From: Prasinococcaceae sp. CCMP 1430
Taxonomy: Eukaryota > Plantae > Prasinodermophyta
Direction: 5' to 3'
Assembly (NCBI GenBank): GCA_013416795.1
Contig: RQSC01000027.1
Location: forward strand, 248,001 to 312,000
DNA: 64,000 nt
In this document: positions 1 to 11,433 of the stretch, in pieces
How positions within the stretch are numbered: position 1 is the first letter of the stretch
Layout of the letters: the number at the start of each line of letters is the position of its first letter
The notes under the pieces: model-generated
The model's database searches: none
The model's input: only the letters and a program-made list of their open reading frames with translations
Told to the model about the DNA's origin: nothing
Made by a program: the position numbers and the translations under genes

Positions 1-1328
1 CGCTGCGCCTGGAGCGTCTGCCGATGCAGCCGCTCCCACGCGGGCTCCTCCGCGCCGCCCAAATCGCCGCCAGCGCCAACGCCAACGCCGCCCGCCCGCG
101 CGCCCTCCCACTCGCTCTCCGCCGGCCGCCGCGTGGCGGGCGCGAACGTGCACTCCCGCATCTCGCGCTCCTCCACCTCGAGCGCGCGCCGCGCCAGCGC
201 GCGCATGGCGTCGTCGTGGCTGCCCGGCAAGGGCGGCGAGCAGTGGTGCCCCGGCGCGGACGTGCCCAAGCATCTCGACGGCTCCCTGCCGGGCGACTAC
301 GGCTACGACCCGCTCAACCTCGGCTCGGACCCCGCCGCGCTCGACCAGTACCGCGAGGCCGAGCTGATGAACGGCCGCTGGGCGATGCTGGCCGTGGTGG
401 GCCAGAACCTGCCCGAGGCGATCGGCCAGGGCTCGTACACCGAGGCGCCCATGTGGATGGTCAACGGCGACCTGCCCTCGTACGCCGTCGTCGGCTCGCT
501 GCCGTGGCCGCAGGTGTCCGTCCCGGGCGTGCTCGGCTTCCAGGCGCTCGCCATGGGCCTGGCGGAGGGCTACCGCATGAAGGCCGACTACAACGACCGG
601 TGAGTCTCGAGGGCGGGCGCGCACGTGCCCAGATGCGCCGCGACGAGCGCCGCGCGCGCCGCGCTCGCAACCCCCACGCGCGGCCGCGCGCCGTCCGCTC
701 CAGCGCTGCCCGGAGTGAGCGGCGGCGGTGGGGATGGAGTTGGTGGCAGAGAAGAATCGAAGGCGGCCCTGCTGCTGCAGAGGCGAACGCGAGCGCACAC
801 CAGCGCGCGCACGACTGCGACTGCGACTGCGACTGCGACTGCGGCGCTGCCGCGCGCGCCTGTCGCGCGCTGGCCCGCACCCAGTCGACGAGTTGCTGAC
901 TCGCGCGTCAAACGCCTGCCCGCCCATCCACCCGCCCGATCCTGCGAGCGCCACCTCAGCATCTACCCGGGCGGCGCGTTCGACCCGCTGGGCTACGCCA
1001 AGGGTGACCTGGACGACCTCAAGGAGAAGGAGATCGTGCACGCCCGGTACGTGCTGCGCTCGCGCCTGCGATGGGTGCAAAACACGCGCGGGTGGCGGAG
1101 CGGGACGCCGCGCCGCGGCGATTGCCTGATGTACGCGCGCCTTTCCGCGCTGGCCCCGTCGCTGACCCCTTCGCTCTGTTGCCCAGCCTCGCCATGCTCG
1201 CGGTCATTGGCTCGTTCGCGGCGACGGCCGCCACCGGCATGACGCCGCTCGAGGCGCTCGGCGCGCACATCGCCGACCCCTGGCACTCGAACGTCGGCGA
1301 CGCGTACGTCATTGGCCCCACCATGTAA
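1..1328 (+). CDS. Light-harvesting chlorophyll a/b-binding protein (Lhca-type). Exons ..599, 960-1046, 1187-1328; 5' end uncertain
   Basis: [51 protein letters not shown] and HIADPWHSN motifs join in frame through GT-AG introns 600-959 and 1047-1186. The frame is open from base 1 and the first in-frame ATG is at 205, so the transit peptide may start outside the window. Confidence 0.93.
813..842. repeat. (GACTGC)5 microsatellite in LHC intron 1
   Basis: Five perfect GACTGC units read directly. Confidence 0.9.
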
Positions 1329-1673
1329 GCGGCAGGTACTTAGCAGCAGCGCGGCAGCGTGCGCAAGACGCACGACGTGCTGTGGTGTAAAACACACACG
1401 CTGGCGTTGACGAGGACGAACCGAGCTGCGAAGCGCGCGAGGTGTTGTGTGAAGACCCCCCCCCCCCCTCCCTCCCCCTCCTTCCTCCACGAGCGCTCGC
1501 CGCGCATCTTGCAATGCTCCGACAATGGCGTCGGCGATGGGCTAGTGCCATCAGGTGCTCCTTACTCCCTCGCGAACTACTGTACACAAATATGACGGGC
1601 GCGCAACGACGTGCGATGAGTCACCTGTCGCACTCGACGGACGAGCTACCTATCAGAGAGAGGAAGCGCGCCC

Positions 1674-4600
1674 CTACGCGGCCACACGGCGGCGCGAGCT
1701 GCGGCGAGGAGCCTCTTTCGGCGCCTCTGCCGCGCGGGTGCTTCGCTTCCTTGCCGTCCGTCCGCCATCAGCGGCCGCAGCCGTGGCAGTGGCGGCGTCC
1801 TTGGACGCGGCGGCGCGCGTCGTTCGCGTGCGCTTGCCTACGGGCGCCGCCGATGCCGCCTCGTTCGAGAGGTTGCGCAGCGGCCTGCGCGTTGCAGTCT
1901 TCTTGGCCGGCGGAGGCGTGTCGTCGTCATCGCTGATGACGATCACCTCGCTTTCCGGCGGAATGAGAGACGCGGCAGGTTCGGCCTTCTCCGCAACCGG
2001 CGGCGCCACGTCAGCGCATTCGGCTGCGGGAACGCCTGCGACCGCCTCAGCATTCTGCTCAGTTGTGTGCTCTTCCTCGTCATCTGACTGACCCACGGCC
2101 TCCGAATCAGCCACAACGGCCGCCGGCGAACCCTCCTGCACGTTGGTCGCAGAGTGCGTTGGGGCAGCGGGCGCCACAGGTGCGGGCGCCGCGGAGGGCA
2201 CACTCTCGACGGCAGCCTCCGCCGATGTCGCTTTGGCGGCCTCGACGGCGGCGGCGGCGGCAGCGGCGGCGGCGGCACCATCGGCGTCGGCCTGGGCCTG
2301 CGCAAGTTTGCCTTCGAGGTCGTGCACTCGTGTAGACAGCTCGCCTTGCATGCCCCTCTGCTTGTCCGCGTCCCTTTCGGCGCTCGATGCCCTCGCCTGG
2401 GCTTGCGCGAGCGCGCCTTGAAGAGATGCGATCTGCTCCATTTCGGCACCACGCGCAGCGGCCTGCTCAATTGCGGCGCTCTCTTTGGATCGCAAGGTCT
2501 CGAGCTCGCCCTCGAGCGCCGCAAATTTTGCTTGCAGGGCTGCATGTGCGCTCGCCTGCTCGGCCGCTGCGACCTCGGCCTTCGACTTTGTGTCCCCAAG
2601 CTCCTCGTGAATTGAAGCCAGCTGCAACTTCAGCCCATCGCGCTCCGCGACCATCGCCGCCGTCATGGCCTTTGCCTCATCAAGCGCCACCACGGCGTTG
2701 GCCCTCTCCTCGTGTTGTTCAGCCTCAGTCTTCTCCAGTCGCGCGTTGAGGTCAGCGATGGCCCTCTCCGCAAGGTCCAGCGCGGCGTTGCCTGCTGCGA
2801 CCGCCTCCTCGGCCTCGGTGCGTGCGGTGGCCGCAGCCTTGGCAGCAGCGTTTGCGTCGGCCACGTCCTTAGCCGACAGCGCCGCCCGCTCCTCAGCGAG
2901 CTTGCGCTGGCCTTCAGCTTCCTCGAGCTTCGCCTGCACGTCAGAGAGGCCTGCCACGGCCTCAGCAAGCTTGGTCTCGACCTCGTGCTTGGCAGCAGCA
3001 GCTTCCGCAGCACGAGCAGTCGCCTGATTACGCGCGTCGGTCAGCCGCTCCTCCGACGCCTCGAGCTCGGACACGCGCTTCGCGAGCGAAGCGGCGAGCC
3101 CCTCAGACGATTCCCGGGCGGCGCGTGCATCGGCCGCATCGGCTTCGGCGGTCTCGGCCCTCGTAGTTGCCGCTTCTGCGCGGGCATCCGCCTCCTTGCG
3201 CGCGAGTTCGGCCTCGTCGGCAGCCTTTTCAGCTGCGCCGGCTGCCTCGTTTGCGGTTTCGACCATCGACTTTGCTTCGGCTACCTTGGCTGCCTCGTCG
3301 GCCGCCTTCACTTGGGCGAGCTGTGCCTCCGAGTTGGCATGCTCCGCGGCGGCCTGCGCCTCGCTGCGGGCGGCATCTGCGGCGCCTGCAGCCTCGAGTG
3401 CGGCCTCCTTTGCTGCGAGCGCGGCCGAGGCCTCCGCCTCAGCGGACTTCGCCATAGACACGGCCTCGGCAGCCTTTTCATCGGCCTCGGCACGAAGGGA
3501 ATCCGCCTGCGAAGCTTTTGCCTCGGCCTCGCTTGCCTTGGCCTCCGCGCGCTGGGAGGCCTCTTCTGCTGCCCTCCGGGCCTCTTCGCTCGCCTGCATG
3601 CGCTGCTCGGCGCTCTCTTTTGCAGCTGCGGCCTCCGCAGCGCGCGCGGTCGCCTGGGTGCGTGCAGCCTCGGCGGCCTCGCGCTTCCTGTCCGCTTCGT
3701 TGGCGCGCTCAGAGGCCTCTTCAGCCGCCTGCTTGGCAAGCTCGGCGCGATCCTCGGCATCGGATTTGCTCCTGCCCGCAGCCTTTGCCTCCTCCTCGGC
3801 GGCCGCCTTGGCCTCTTCTGCCTCGGCGCGCTGCTTCATAGCGAGCTCAACCTGGGCGCCGGCCGCCTCAGTCTTGGCGTCGGCCTCGGCCATTGCCTGT
3901 TCAGCCGTCGCCTTGGCCTCATCAGCGGCCTCGGCGCGGGCGGTGGCTTCATCCGCCCTGCGCTTGGCCTCATTCGCTTGCTCGTGGGCCTCGGCGGCGT
4001 TGGCCTCGGCGGCGGCACGTGCCTCCTGGGCGGCACTGGCGGCCGCCACCGCCTCCGCTTTCGCGGCGTCGGCCTCGCGCGCCTTGGTGTAGAACTCCTC
4101 CTGCTCGGTGGATGCGGCGGTGAAGGCGCTCTCAGTCGCGGCCCGCGCACTCTCTGAACTTGCGAGGCGCGCTTGCGTGGCGGCGACCTCGGTCTCGGCA
4201 TCGCGCAGGCGATTGAACGCCTGTTCGCGGGCAGCGTCTGCCTCAGCGGCGGCCGTGCGAGCCTCGTCGAGTGCGGTCTTTGCACCCTCGGCAGCGCCCT
4301 CTGCCTCGGCGAGCTTGGCAAGAACTTCGGCACGCTCGTCGGCGAGCGCGTCCGCGCGAGAGATGGCCGCGTGTTCGGCGCGCTCGAGTTCGGCGCGCGT
4401 CTCCAGCAGCGCGCCCATTTCTGCGCCTGCGGCAGTCGCCGCGGCCACCGCCTCGTCGCGCTGCTTCATGAGCGCCGCGCCGTCCTCAGAGGCAGCGGCG
4501 ATCTCCTTGAGCTGAGTGTTCGCCGCGCGCAGCTCGTCCAGCTCGATGCGCATCTGTACGACTGCAGGGTGACAGTTGACCATGCGACGCAGCTCAACGA

Positions 4601-6044
4601 GCTCGCGGGACAGCTCCAGCTGCGCCTGCGTCTCGTCGTCGTCGTGCTTGCTCCCTCCACCCTCGAGACGGCGGATGGTGTCCTCCCGCATGCGCACAAT
4701 CATGCGCTGGCTCTGCAGCGTCTTCTCCAGGCGTGCGGACCGCTCCTCAGCGTCCGCCCTCGCACGCTTGGCCATCTGCGATTCCGCGTCGCAACGCTTC
4801 TGCACAGAATTCGCGTGGCGCTGCCAGTAGCCAAGCATCTTCTCGAGCTCGCGCGCGCGCCCCGTGCTGCTGTCCTCGTTAAGCACGACAACCTCGCCCA
4901 TGGCAGACGAAAGCTGCGCCCTGAGGCGGCGCACCTCCTCCTGCAGCGTGCTGACGTCGCCCACGACGGTGTCGTTAGCCATGGCACGGTTGCGCATCAT
5001 CTTGGCACGCTGCGCAAACTTGAGCGTGCTGAGGGTCTCCTCGGCGCACTTCTCGGCGGGGCTGACGCACGCGACCATGGTGCACTTGGCGTTGCCACCA
5101 AGAGCGTTCTTGAGCAGGAAGGTGAGCTTCGAATCGCGGTATGGGATGTGCGACGAGCCGTTCGTGAGCGATTTGATGACGTTGCCCAGCGCGCTGAGCG
5201 ACTTGTTGATGGCGCTGGCCTCCTTGAGCTGCTGGCCCTGCGTGTCGGTATTCTTCTGGCGCTCTGAGCCCGCGAGGTCCACCAGATAGAACGAGCTCGA
5301 GCGCCTCTGCACGGCGCCGGAGGGCATCGAGCGCTGCGAGTTGATGCGTAGCGTGAAGACGGTGTGCGAGCGCGAGGATTCGGCGTTCATCATGGTGGAT
5401 CCGACCGCGCGGTTGGCGTTGCCCTCGCAGAAGGCCGCGTATGTCTCCTGCGCGGACGTGACGGGGCGCTCGGCGACGCCCTCGACGTGCGAGCCGCGCT
5501 TGTCTTCGCGGATGACGAGGCCGCTGTTGTCCGGGCAGAGCAGGTCGTGCAGCTGCTCATTGTAGATCTGCAGGTACGAGCACGCGCACTCGAACGACAG
5601 CGCGGCGCCCTCGTCGAGCGCGCCGGCAACGTCTTTCTCCATGCGCGCGAACACGTGCGCCATGACGCGAGGGATCATGCCACGGTCGCTCGCGGTGCTC
5701 AGCGCGCCGGCGCCCTCGGAGACGGCCGCCTCGGGGCCTTGCATGCTGAAGGTCTTTCCGGAGCCCGTCTGGCCGTACGCGATGAGCGCGCAGTGGTAGC
5801 CGGCCAGGCAAGACTCGGTGAGCTTCTCGCCCGCCACCTGAAACATCTCCTCCTGGGAGACGGCGGCGTCGGCGACGTGGTCGAAAGTGAACTGCCTCGG
5901 CGAGGGCTTCACTTGAAGCGAGAGGCTGGTGGCCGCGTCATTGACGCGCACCGACGGCACGAAGCCGGCTGCGACCTCGCGCTCGTTGGGGGGGCGCACG
6001 CGCACGATAACCTGCACGGCGTCGCTCGCTGCGCCGGCGACCAT
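1674..6044 (-). CDS. Kinesin-12 (KIF15/POK/PAKRP-like) N-terminal motor with long Ala/Glu-rich coiled coil
   Basis: VQVIVRVRPP, FTFDHVAD, GQTGSGKT (P-loop), NAESSRSH, LVDLAGSERQK, HIPYRDSKLTFLL and ETLSTLKFAQRAK. ATG at 6044 directly precedes the motor; the ORF-track extension to 7793 looks non-coding. Confidence 0.92.
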   Translation of the reverse strand: MVAGAASDAVQVIVRVRPPNEREVAAGFVPSVRVNDAATSLSLQVKPSPRQFTFDHVADAAVSQEEMFQVAGEKLTESCLAGYHCALIAYGQTGSGKTFSMQGPEAAVSEGAGALSTASDRGMIPRVMAHVFARMEKDVAGALDEGAALSFECACSYLQIYNEQLHDLLCPDNSGLVIREDKRGSHVEGVAERPVTSAQETYAAFCEGNANRAVGSTMMNAESSRSHTVFTLRINSQRSMPSGAVQRRSSSFYLVDLAGSERQKNTDTQGQQLKEASAINKSLSALGNVIKSLTNGSSHIPYRDSKLTFLLKNALGGNAKCTMVACVSPAEKCAEETLSTLKFAQRAKMMRNRAMANDTVVGDVSTLQEEVRRLRAQLSSAMGEVVVLNEDSSTGRARELEKMLGYWQRHANSVQKRCDAESQMAKRARADAEERSARLEKTLQSQRMIVRMREDTIRRLEGGGSKHDDDETQAQLELSRELVELRRMVNCHPAVVQMRIELDELRAANTQLKEIAAASEDGAALMKQRDEAVAAATAAGAEMGALLETRAELERAEHAAISRADALADERAEVLAKLAEAEGAAEGAKTALDEARTAAAEADAAREQAFNRLRDAETEVAATQARLASSESARAATESAFTAASTEQEEFYTKAREADAAKAEAVAAASAAQEARAAAEANAAEAHEQANEAKRRADEATARAEAADEAKATAEQAMAEADAKTEAAGAQVELAMKQRAEAEEAKAAAEEEAKAAGRSKSDAEDRAELAKQAAEEASERANEADRKREAAEAARTQATARAAEAAAAKESAEQRMQASEEARRAAEEASQRAEAKASEAEAKASQADSLRAEADEKAAEAVSMAKSAEAEASAALAAKEAALEAAGAADAARSEAQAAAEHANSEAQLAQVKAADEAAKVAEAKSMVETANEAAGAAEKAADEAELARKEADARAEAATTRAETAEADAADARAARESSEGLAASLAKRVSELEASEERLTDARNQATARAAEAAAAKHEVETKLAEAVAGLSDVQAKLEEAEGQRKLAEERAALSAKDVADANAAAKAAATARTEAEEAVAAGNAALDLAERAIADLNARLEKTEAEQHEERANAVVALDEAKAMTAAMVAERDGLKLQLASIHEELGDTKSKAEVAAAEQASAHAALQAKFAALEGELETLRSKESAAIEQAAARGAEMEQIASLQGALAQAQARASSAERDADKQRGMQGELSTRVHDLEGKLAQAQADADGAAAAAAAAAAVEAAKATSAEAAVESVPSAAPAPVAPAAPTHSATNVQEGSPAAVVADSEAVGQSDDEEEHTTEQNAEAVAGVPAAECADVAPPVAEKAEPAASLIPPESEVIVISDDDDTPPPAKKTATRRPLRNLSNEAASAAPVGKRTRTTRAAASKDAATATAAAADGGRTARKRSTRAAEAPKEAPRRSSRRRVAA

Positions 6045-7133
6045 GGCGGCGGCCGGCGCGCGGCCCGCGCTACGCTGCACGCGCGCGCTATGGCAGGGAG
6101 CGACCAGCTGCCCCCAATTTCCACCCCTCCTGGCCGTGCGTCGCCCCTGTCTCCGCCCGCTTCCCGCCACTGACGCACGCACGGCGGAGGACGCGCGGGG
6201 TGTGGCGCTAAAGGGCGGCGCCGGCTTTCCCCCCCCGCCCCCGCCCGCGCACTCGCGCGCTCCCTTTCCCTGCGCCCTCCCGTTCGCGCCGCGCGCGGGC
6301 GGCGCCACATCAAAACGCACGCGCCGATCGGGGGGGAACGCAACGGCTCGAAACGCGGGGCGCGGCGAACCGCGAGAGGGGGGAGGGGGGGGGCGGGGGA
6401 AAGCGAAAACGCACCACCATCGATCCGAGACGGAGAAGGAAAGAAAGAAACGGCAAAACAGAACGGGGCGAGCAATCAAAGCCGCGCGTGCAGTGGCAAT
6501 CGCAAAAACGATCACTTCCCCCAACCGCATGCCGACGAAACGACCCCACCCCGACCGACCGAGCAAGTCACGGACAGCGTGTCGATCAATCGGACTCATC
6601 ATCAACACAGGCAGGGATGGCGCGCGCGCGGTCGCTCGGTTGGTTCGAGCGGTGGGTGCGCACCGATTCGGTGCGCCCTGTCTTTGATGGCGCCCAGCGC
6701 CGGCGCGGGCTGGCACCCGCCTGCGCCTGCGTGCGGCGCCCGGGTGCGCCTGGGCCTGGGCGGATGTGCGCGGTCGTTCGAAACGGCGGAAACGCGTTCG
6801 AAACCGCGGATCGGGCACCCGCTCGCAGCCACCGGGGAGCGGGCGGCGCGGAAAGGCCAGGGGGGGGGGGGCAGGGAGAGGGGGAAGGGGCCAATCGCAC
6901 CCGTCGCTGGTCGGGGGAGAGAGTTGCCACACGCGCCTCTGCAGTGGGGGAGGCGAGGGGGCAGAGGGCGCGCGCACGGCAGGGCGCCGTGCTGCCGCCG
7001 CCGAGCAGGCCGCGGACAGCCAGAGCGTCACAGCGCGGCCTGCGTTGCGTCGCACGTGTGCTGCTGAGCGCGCGCGCGCGCCAGCGCCGCCCTCGAGGGT
7101 GGCGAGGGGGGTGAGGTCCCCCCCTCTGCTGCG

Positions 7134-7919
7134 ATGGTCGGCCCTCCGCCCGGTAGCGCCCCGCGCGGCGATGCCAGCTCGGTGCGCCTCGGCGACCGCA
7201 TTCGAGTGTGGTGGCCGCTGGACAAGGAGTTCTACAACGGCACCGTCGTCAGCTACGACGAAGAGAAGGAGCGCTGGTCGGTCATCTACGACGACGGCGA
7301 TGCGGAGAAGATCAATCTCCTGTCGGAGCATTGGAGCGTCCTCCCGCCGGGCGTCAATGGCGAGCCGCCGCACGAGGACCTGCCGCCGCTCATCGGTAGG
7401 GACGTCGAGCACGCTGGTGACAAGAGGAAGAGGGAAGCAGGTTGGGTGGCTGCGAAGGAGCAGGCCCAACCCAAGCAGAGCAAGCAGGGAAAGGTCCATT
7501 CCATCGTAGTGCGGGGTCCGGCGCCGCCTGCGGAACAGGGCACGGTGGCGCCGACGGCGCAGCACCAGGACCAGCAGAAAGGTGGCGGTCAGCCGAGGGA
7601 GGTACGGTCGCCCAAACGAAATGCGGCAATCGCGGCGGCCGCAGGCATCACGGCCGCAATGTCGCCGTCCAAACAGAAGGCGTTGGACGCGCCTGCGACG
7701 ATCAACGGTCCACCCTCTGGGGGGCTGGATGTGGATGGGTGGCTGGCCGCCGAGGGGTTCCCCAAGGTGTACAGCGTGGTATTCGCGCGGCACAATGTGA
7801 CAATAGATCTGCTGACAGAGCTCACATACGAGGACCTCGCAGAGATTGGTGTGATCAAGGTGGGGGACCGCAGGCGGATGTGGCTCGCCATCAGGCGTTA
7901 TGCAAGTAAAAGCGTCTGA
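7134..7919 (+). CDS. Tudor (PDS5/MSH6-type) plus C-terminal SAM domain protein
   Basis: GDRIRVWWPLDKEFYNGTVVSYD...SVIYDDGDAEKINLLSEHW (Tudor). VDGWLAAEGF..YSVVFARHNVTIDLLTELTYEDLAEIGVIKVGDRRRMWLAI (SAM). Confidence 0.82.
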   Translation: MVGPPPGSAPRGDASSVRLGDRIRVWWPLDKEFYNGTVVSYDEEKERWSVIYDDGDAEKINLLSEHWSVLPPGVNGEPPHEDLPPLIGRDVEHAGDKRKREAGWVAAKEQAQPKQSKQGKVHSIVVRGPAPPAEQGTVAPTAQHQDQQKGGGQPREVRSPKRNAAIAAAAGITAAMSPSKQKALDAPATINGPPSGGLDVDGWLAAEGFPKVYSVVFARHNVTIDLLTELTYEDLAEIGVIKVGDRRRMWLAIRRYASKSV

Positions 7920-8215
7920 GCTTTGAGAGCTTTGAGGTGATGTGCTGCGCGCTCATCACAGGCGAAGGGGGCGCACAAATCTTCGTCTCCGGCTGCACGC
8001 GCGCGCGACGCGCCTGCGTGGTGGGGAGGACAATGCGGAGTGCGTGACAACCATTACGTCGCGCCCTCCTCATGCGGCGGCGCGCAGCGCGCAGCCGGCT
8101 ACGCGCAGCCGGTCGCGGGCATCGCCGGCGCCCACGCGTGGCCTCAGGGCGCGAGGGTAGCGGCGGTGGCGCGCGCGCGGGCCGGCGTGCACCCTTCTGG
8201 AAACGTCCCGCGGGC

Positions 8216-9293
8216 TCACAACCGCTTGAGGCTGCTCTTCTTCCTGAGCAAGACCTTCTTCTGTACCGCGGCCTTCTTCACCGGCTGTGAGGTCACATCC
8301 TTCTCCCCACCGACACCCGCGCCGCCGTCAGCCGTGTTGGCTGAGTTCACCGTCAGCGGCATCTTCTGCGTTTTCGCGGGCTTGGCGTAGATGCTAGTCA
8401 TCAGCTTCGCGCGCTTGTTGTACTCCTGCGTGCATGGCGGGCGCTCGAACGAATGGGTGGACGTCGAGACGTGGGCAGAGGCGGCGGGGACGGGGATTGG
8501 GGCACGCGCGGGACGCGGCGATAGCTCAGTCAGCACGAGGCGGCGCAAGCGCCAGTCGCGCTCAGCAACGAGAGGCGCAAACACGCCATCGCAGCGGGCG
8601 CGGTCCACCCGCACCTCGTAGTCCTCGATGAGCAGTTTGCCAGCCTCGTCGTTGAGCGCCGACTCAGGAAACGGCTCGATGAGCAAGCATCGCACGACCT
8701 GGAAGATGTGGCGCAGCCCATGCGAAGGGTCCCAGTCGCGCTTGAGTGTGTTGACGCAAATGTCGCCTGCCTCGGCCACATTCGGGTGGAAGATCTTTGT
8801 CATGAAGAAGCCCTTCGGCGGGCTCGCGGGGTAGTCCGCAGGCAGCGCGAGCCTCATGCGGAAGACGCCACCCTCGAACGGAGTGCCCACTGCGAGAGAA
8901 AAGAGCGATCGAGCAGCGACCGACAAGAGCGGCGTGCGCACGGTGCACGGGTGGCACCGCCGTGCCACCGAGACGGGCATGCGCCGGCGACGGCGAGCGC
9001 CGTCAGCAGGACAGTTTGCATCGCGTGGCGGGCGACAAGCGATGCGCTGGCGCTGCACAGCGGCACGCACCGGGCCCTGCAATCACGCCCTGCACGTCGG
9101 CGACCTTCTCCTCATTAATGACCACCTGCAGGTGCGCACGGCGCGCGTCAGGGCTCGGCACGGGGCGAGGCGGTGCGGGCGCGCGCGCAGCCTCGCGAGG
9201 ACGCACCGTGATGCCCTCCGGCGGCGACTCCGACATCTCCTTGAGCTCCTTCATTATCTGCCGCAGCACCTTTGGCTGCAGCTGCTCCGCCAT
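8216..9293 (-). CDS. UBE2S: Ubiquitin-conjugating enzyme E2 S (UBE2S/UBC22-like). Exons 9293-9207, 9125-9071, 8889-8615, 8425-8216
   Basis: The spliced product (~208 aa) reads [25 protein letters not shown]...GTPFEGGVF...KIFHPNV...[10 protein letters not shown]...[14 protein letters not shown] and ends in a basic KKSSLKRL tail. All three introns are GT-AG and phase-compatible. Confidence 0.93.
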
Positions 9294-9490
9294 GGCTCCC
9301 GCTCCCCCCTAACCCCCCTGCCGCCCGCCCCCTGCCTGTTTGGCGCGAGCGGCGCGCGACGTCAGCGTCGCCACGCGGCGAGGGCGGCCTCTCGCGCGCG
9401 CTCGCGGGGGCGCAAGCACTCAACGGCGCGGCGGGCGCGCGCGAAATTGGGTCGGCGCGGCGCCCGGCCAGCGCCGCGGACCCAGAACGG

Positions 9491-10827
9491 ATGGGGGGAG
9501 GGCGAGCGCCGCGGCGCGCACCAACCAGCGGCGGGGACGCGTACATTGGACAAACGATCCGGTCGGCCACACACGACAAGCAAGCAATCGGCCATCATCA
9601 TCATCATCATCATCTGCCAACAACCATAAATAAATGCATCCATCCATCATTCCGCCACGCCGGGCACGCTTCTTCCATCCGTTCCGTGGTGCGCCGCGCG
9701 CGCGGCCGCGCGCGGGGACGCTGCTCGCGCGGCGCCGGCCCATACGCGGCGCTCCGCGCGGCGCCGCGCGCGGCCGGCTTCGGCTATGACGAGGCCGCGG
9801 CGCTCAAGGCGGCCGGCAGCTTCGCCAAGGGCGACAACGGCATCTACATGCGCGGCCCGCCCCCCGCGCCCACGCTCGTGCCCAAGGTCGACATGTACGG
9901 CGACCCCATGAACCTCCTCCTCTCGCAGCGCATCGTCTTCCTCGGCTCGGACGTGAACGACTTCACCGCCGACGCCGTCGTCTCGCAGCTGCTGCTGCTC
10001 GACGCGCAGGACCCCACCAAGGACATCAGGCTGTACATCAACTCGCCGGGCGGTTCGGTGACTGCGGGTGAGTGACGCGCGCGAACTTACGGGGGTGGGG
10101 TGGGAGGGGGGGGCGAAGGCAGCAAGGGCGGCCGCCCCCGCGCGACGCCGCGCCACGACCGCGGCGCGTGCAACGGCCAAGCCCTAAATGCGCCCATCAC
10201 CTGCCATGCGTTTTTTTTTTTTTTTTGGTCGCTCGCCGCTCTCCCCGATACGCGCGCACCTTGCTGCGCCCACGCACAGCGCCCATGGTTTGTGCGCTGA
10301 CAGAACCGCGGCCGCCTGCCTCCGCCCGACCCGCCGCGCTTCCCCCCCCGCGCCGTAACCTCTCCACCCGCCCCGCAGGTATGGGTGTGTACGACGCGAT
10401 GCAGATGTGCCGCTGCGACATCCAGACTGTGTGCTTCGGCCTGGCGGCGTCGATGGGCGCGTTCCTGCTGTGCGCGGGCACCAAGGGCAAGCGCATGTCG
10501 CTGCCTAACTCGCGCATCATGATCCACCAGCCGCTCGGCGGTGCCAGCGGCCAGGCTGTGGACATCGAGATCCAGGCCAAGGAGATCATGTATCACAAGG
10601 CGAACCTTAACAACCTCATGAGCTTCCATTCGGGCCAGCCGGTGGACAAGGTGGAGGAGGACACCGACCGTGACCGCTACATGTCGCCCGCGGAGGCGAA
10701 GGACTACGGTCTGATCGATGTGATCATCGGCGGGGAGGATGGTGTGGTCGCGCCCTACGGCGCGCCCGCCGAGCAGAAGACCAAGAGCGCGTACGTGTCG
10801 TGGGGCCTCGTCGATGACGAGGACTAG
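9491..10827 (+). CDS. CLPP: Nuclear-encoded plastid Clp protease proteolytic subunit (ClpP3/4-like). Intron 10068-10378; start codon uncertain
   Basis: [34 protein letters not shown] (Ser), [10 protein letters not shown] (His) and DTDRDRYM (Asp). In-frame ATGs exist at 9491 and 9848. Confidence 0.92.
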
Positions 10828-10940
10828 AGCGGGGAGGCCGCAGGGGGACCGCTGCGCCGCGGGCGCGCGCTCACACCGAATTGGCGTGCGCTCGCCCTCG
10901 CGCCGGCCCCTGCACCCCGCCCTGCTGCAGCTGCTGTGTA

Positions 10941-10945
10941 TGTAA
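10941..10945 (+). terminator. TGTAA poly(A)-signal-like motif after ClpP. Equivalents at 12535, 32600 and 62752 (+) and 43195-43199 (-)
   Basis: TGTAA lies within about 5-120 nt of five stop codons. UGUAA is the established chlorophyte polyadenylation signal. Confidence 0.6.
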
Positions 10946-11433
10946 GACGATCTCGGTTTCGCCCCCGCGCCGCTGCGCTGCCCGCTCGCTGGCCTGACAC
11001 CACCGGCGGCGCCGCGGCCGCGCCCCCGTGGGGCGCCGCCGCCGAGAGCCAGGTTGTGCGCGAGCTCCGCCCAGCCGTGCCGCGGAACCCTGCGCATATC
11101 AGAACGCACTGCGCGACCGCAAGGGGCATTGCCAATGGAAATGCAAATGCGCCATCAAAATTGCGCGTGGTATCGCAGAACCGCGCGGTGCGCTGCGCGG
11201 GCCGGGCCGCGGGAATTTGATTTGCTTTGCGACGGGTCGAATTTCTTGAAAGATGATGACCGCGCGCGCCGGCGGGAGCAGCTGTTGATGAACGCGGGCG
11301 CCTCGCCGCGACGCCACAGCGTGCGCGCGGCGCGCCCCAGGTGCCGCCGGCGGCGGCGGTAGGGACGGGGGTCGAGGGGGCTGCTGCCGCCGCTGCCGCC
11401 GCCGCCGCCGCTGCCGCCGCCGCCGCTGCTGCG

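Noticed and set aside
6045-7793. 582-aa N-terminal extension of the kinesin ORF
   Set aside because: It is Arg/Pro/Ala-rich with no domain, runs antisense through the Tudor-SAM gene, and a good ATG sits immediately before the motor domain.
9593-9613. His7 tract in frame with ClpP
   Set aside because: It is a (CAT)7 microsatellite in a region that may be 5' UTR. The ClpP start is unresolved, so no functional claim is possible.
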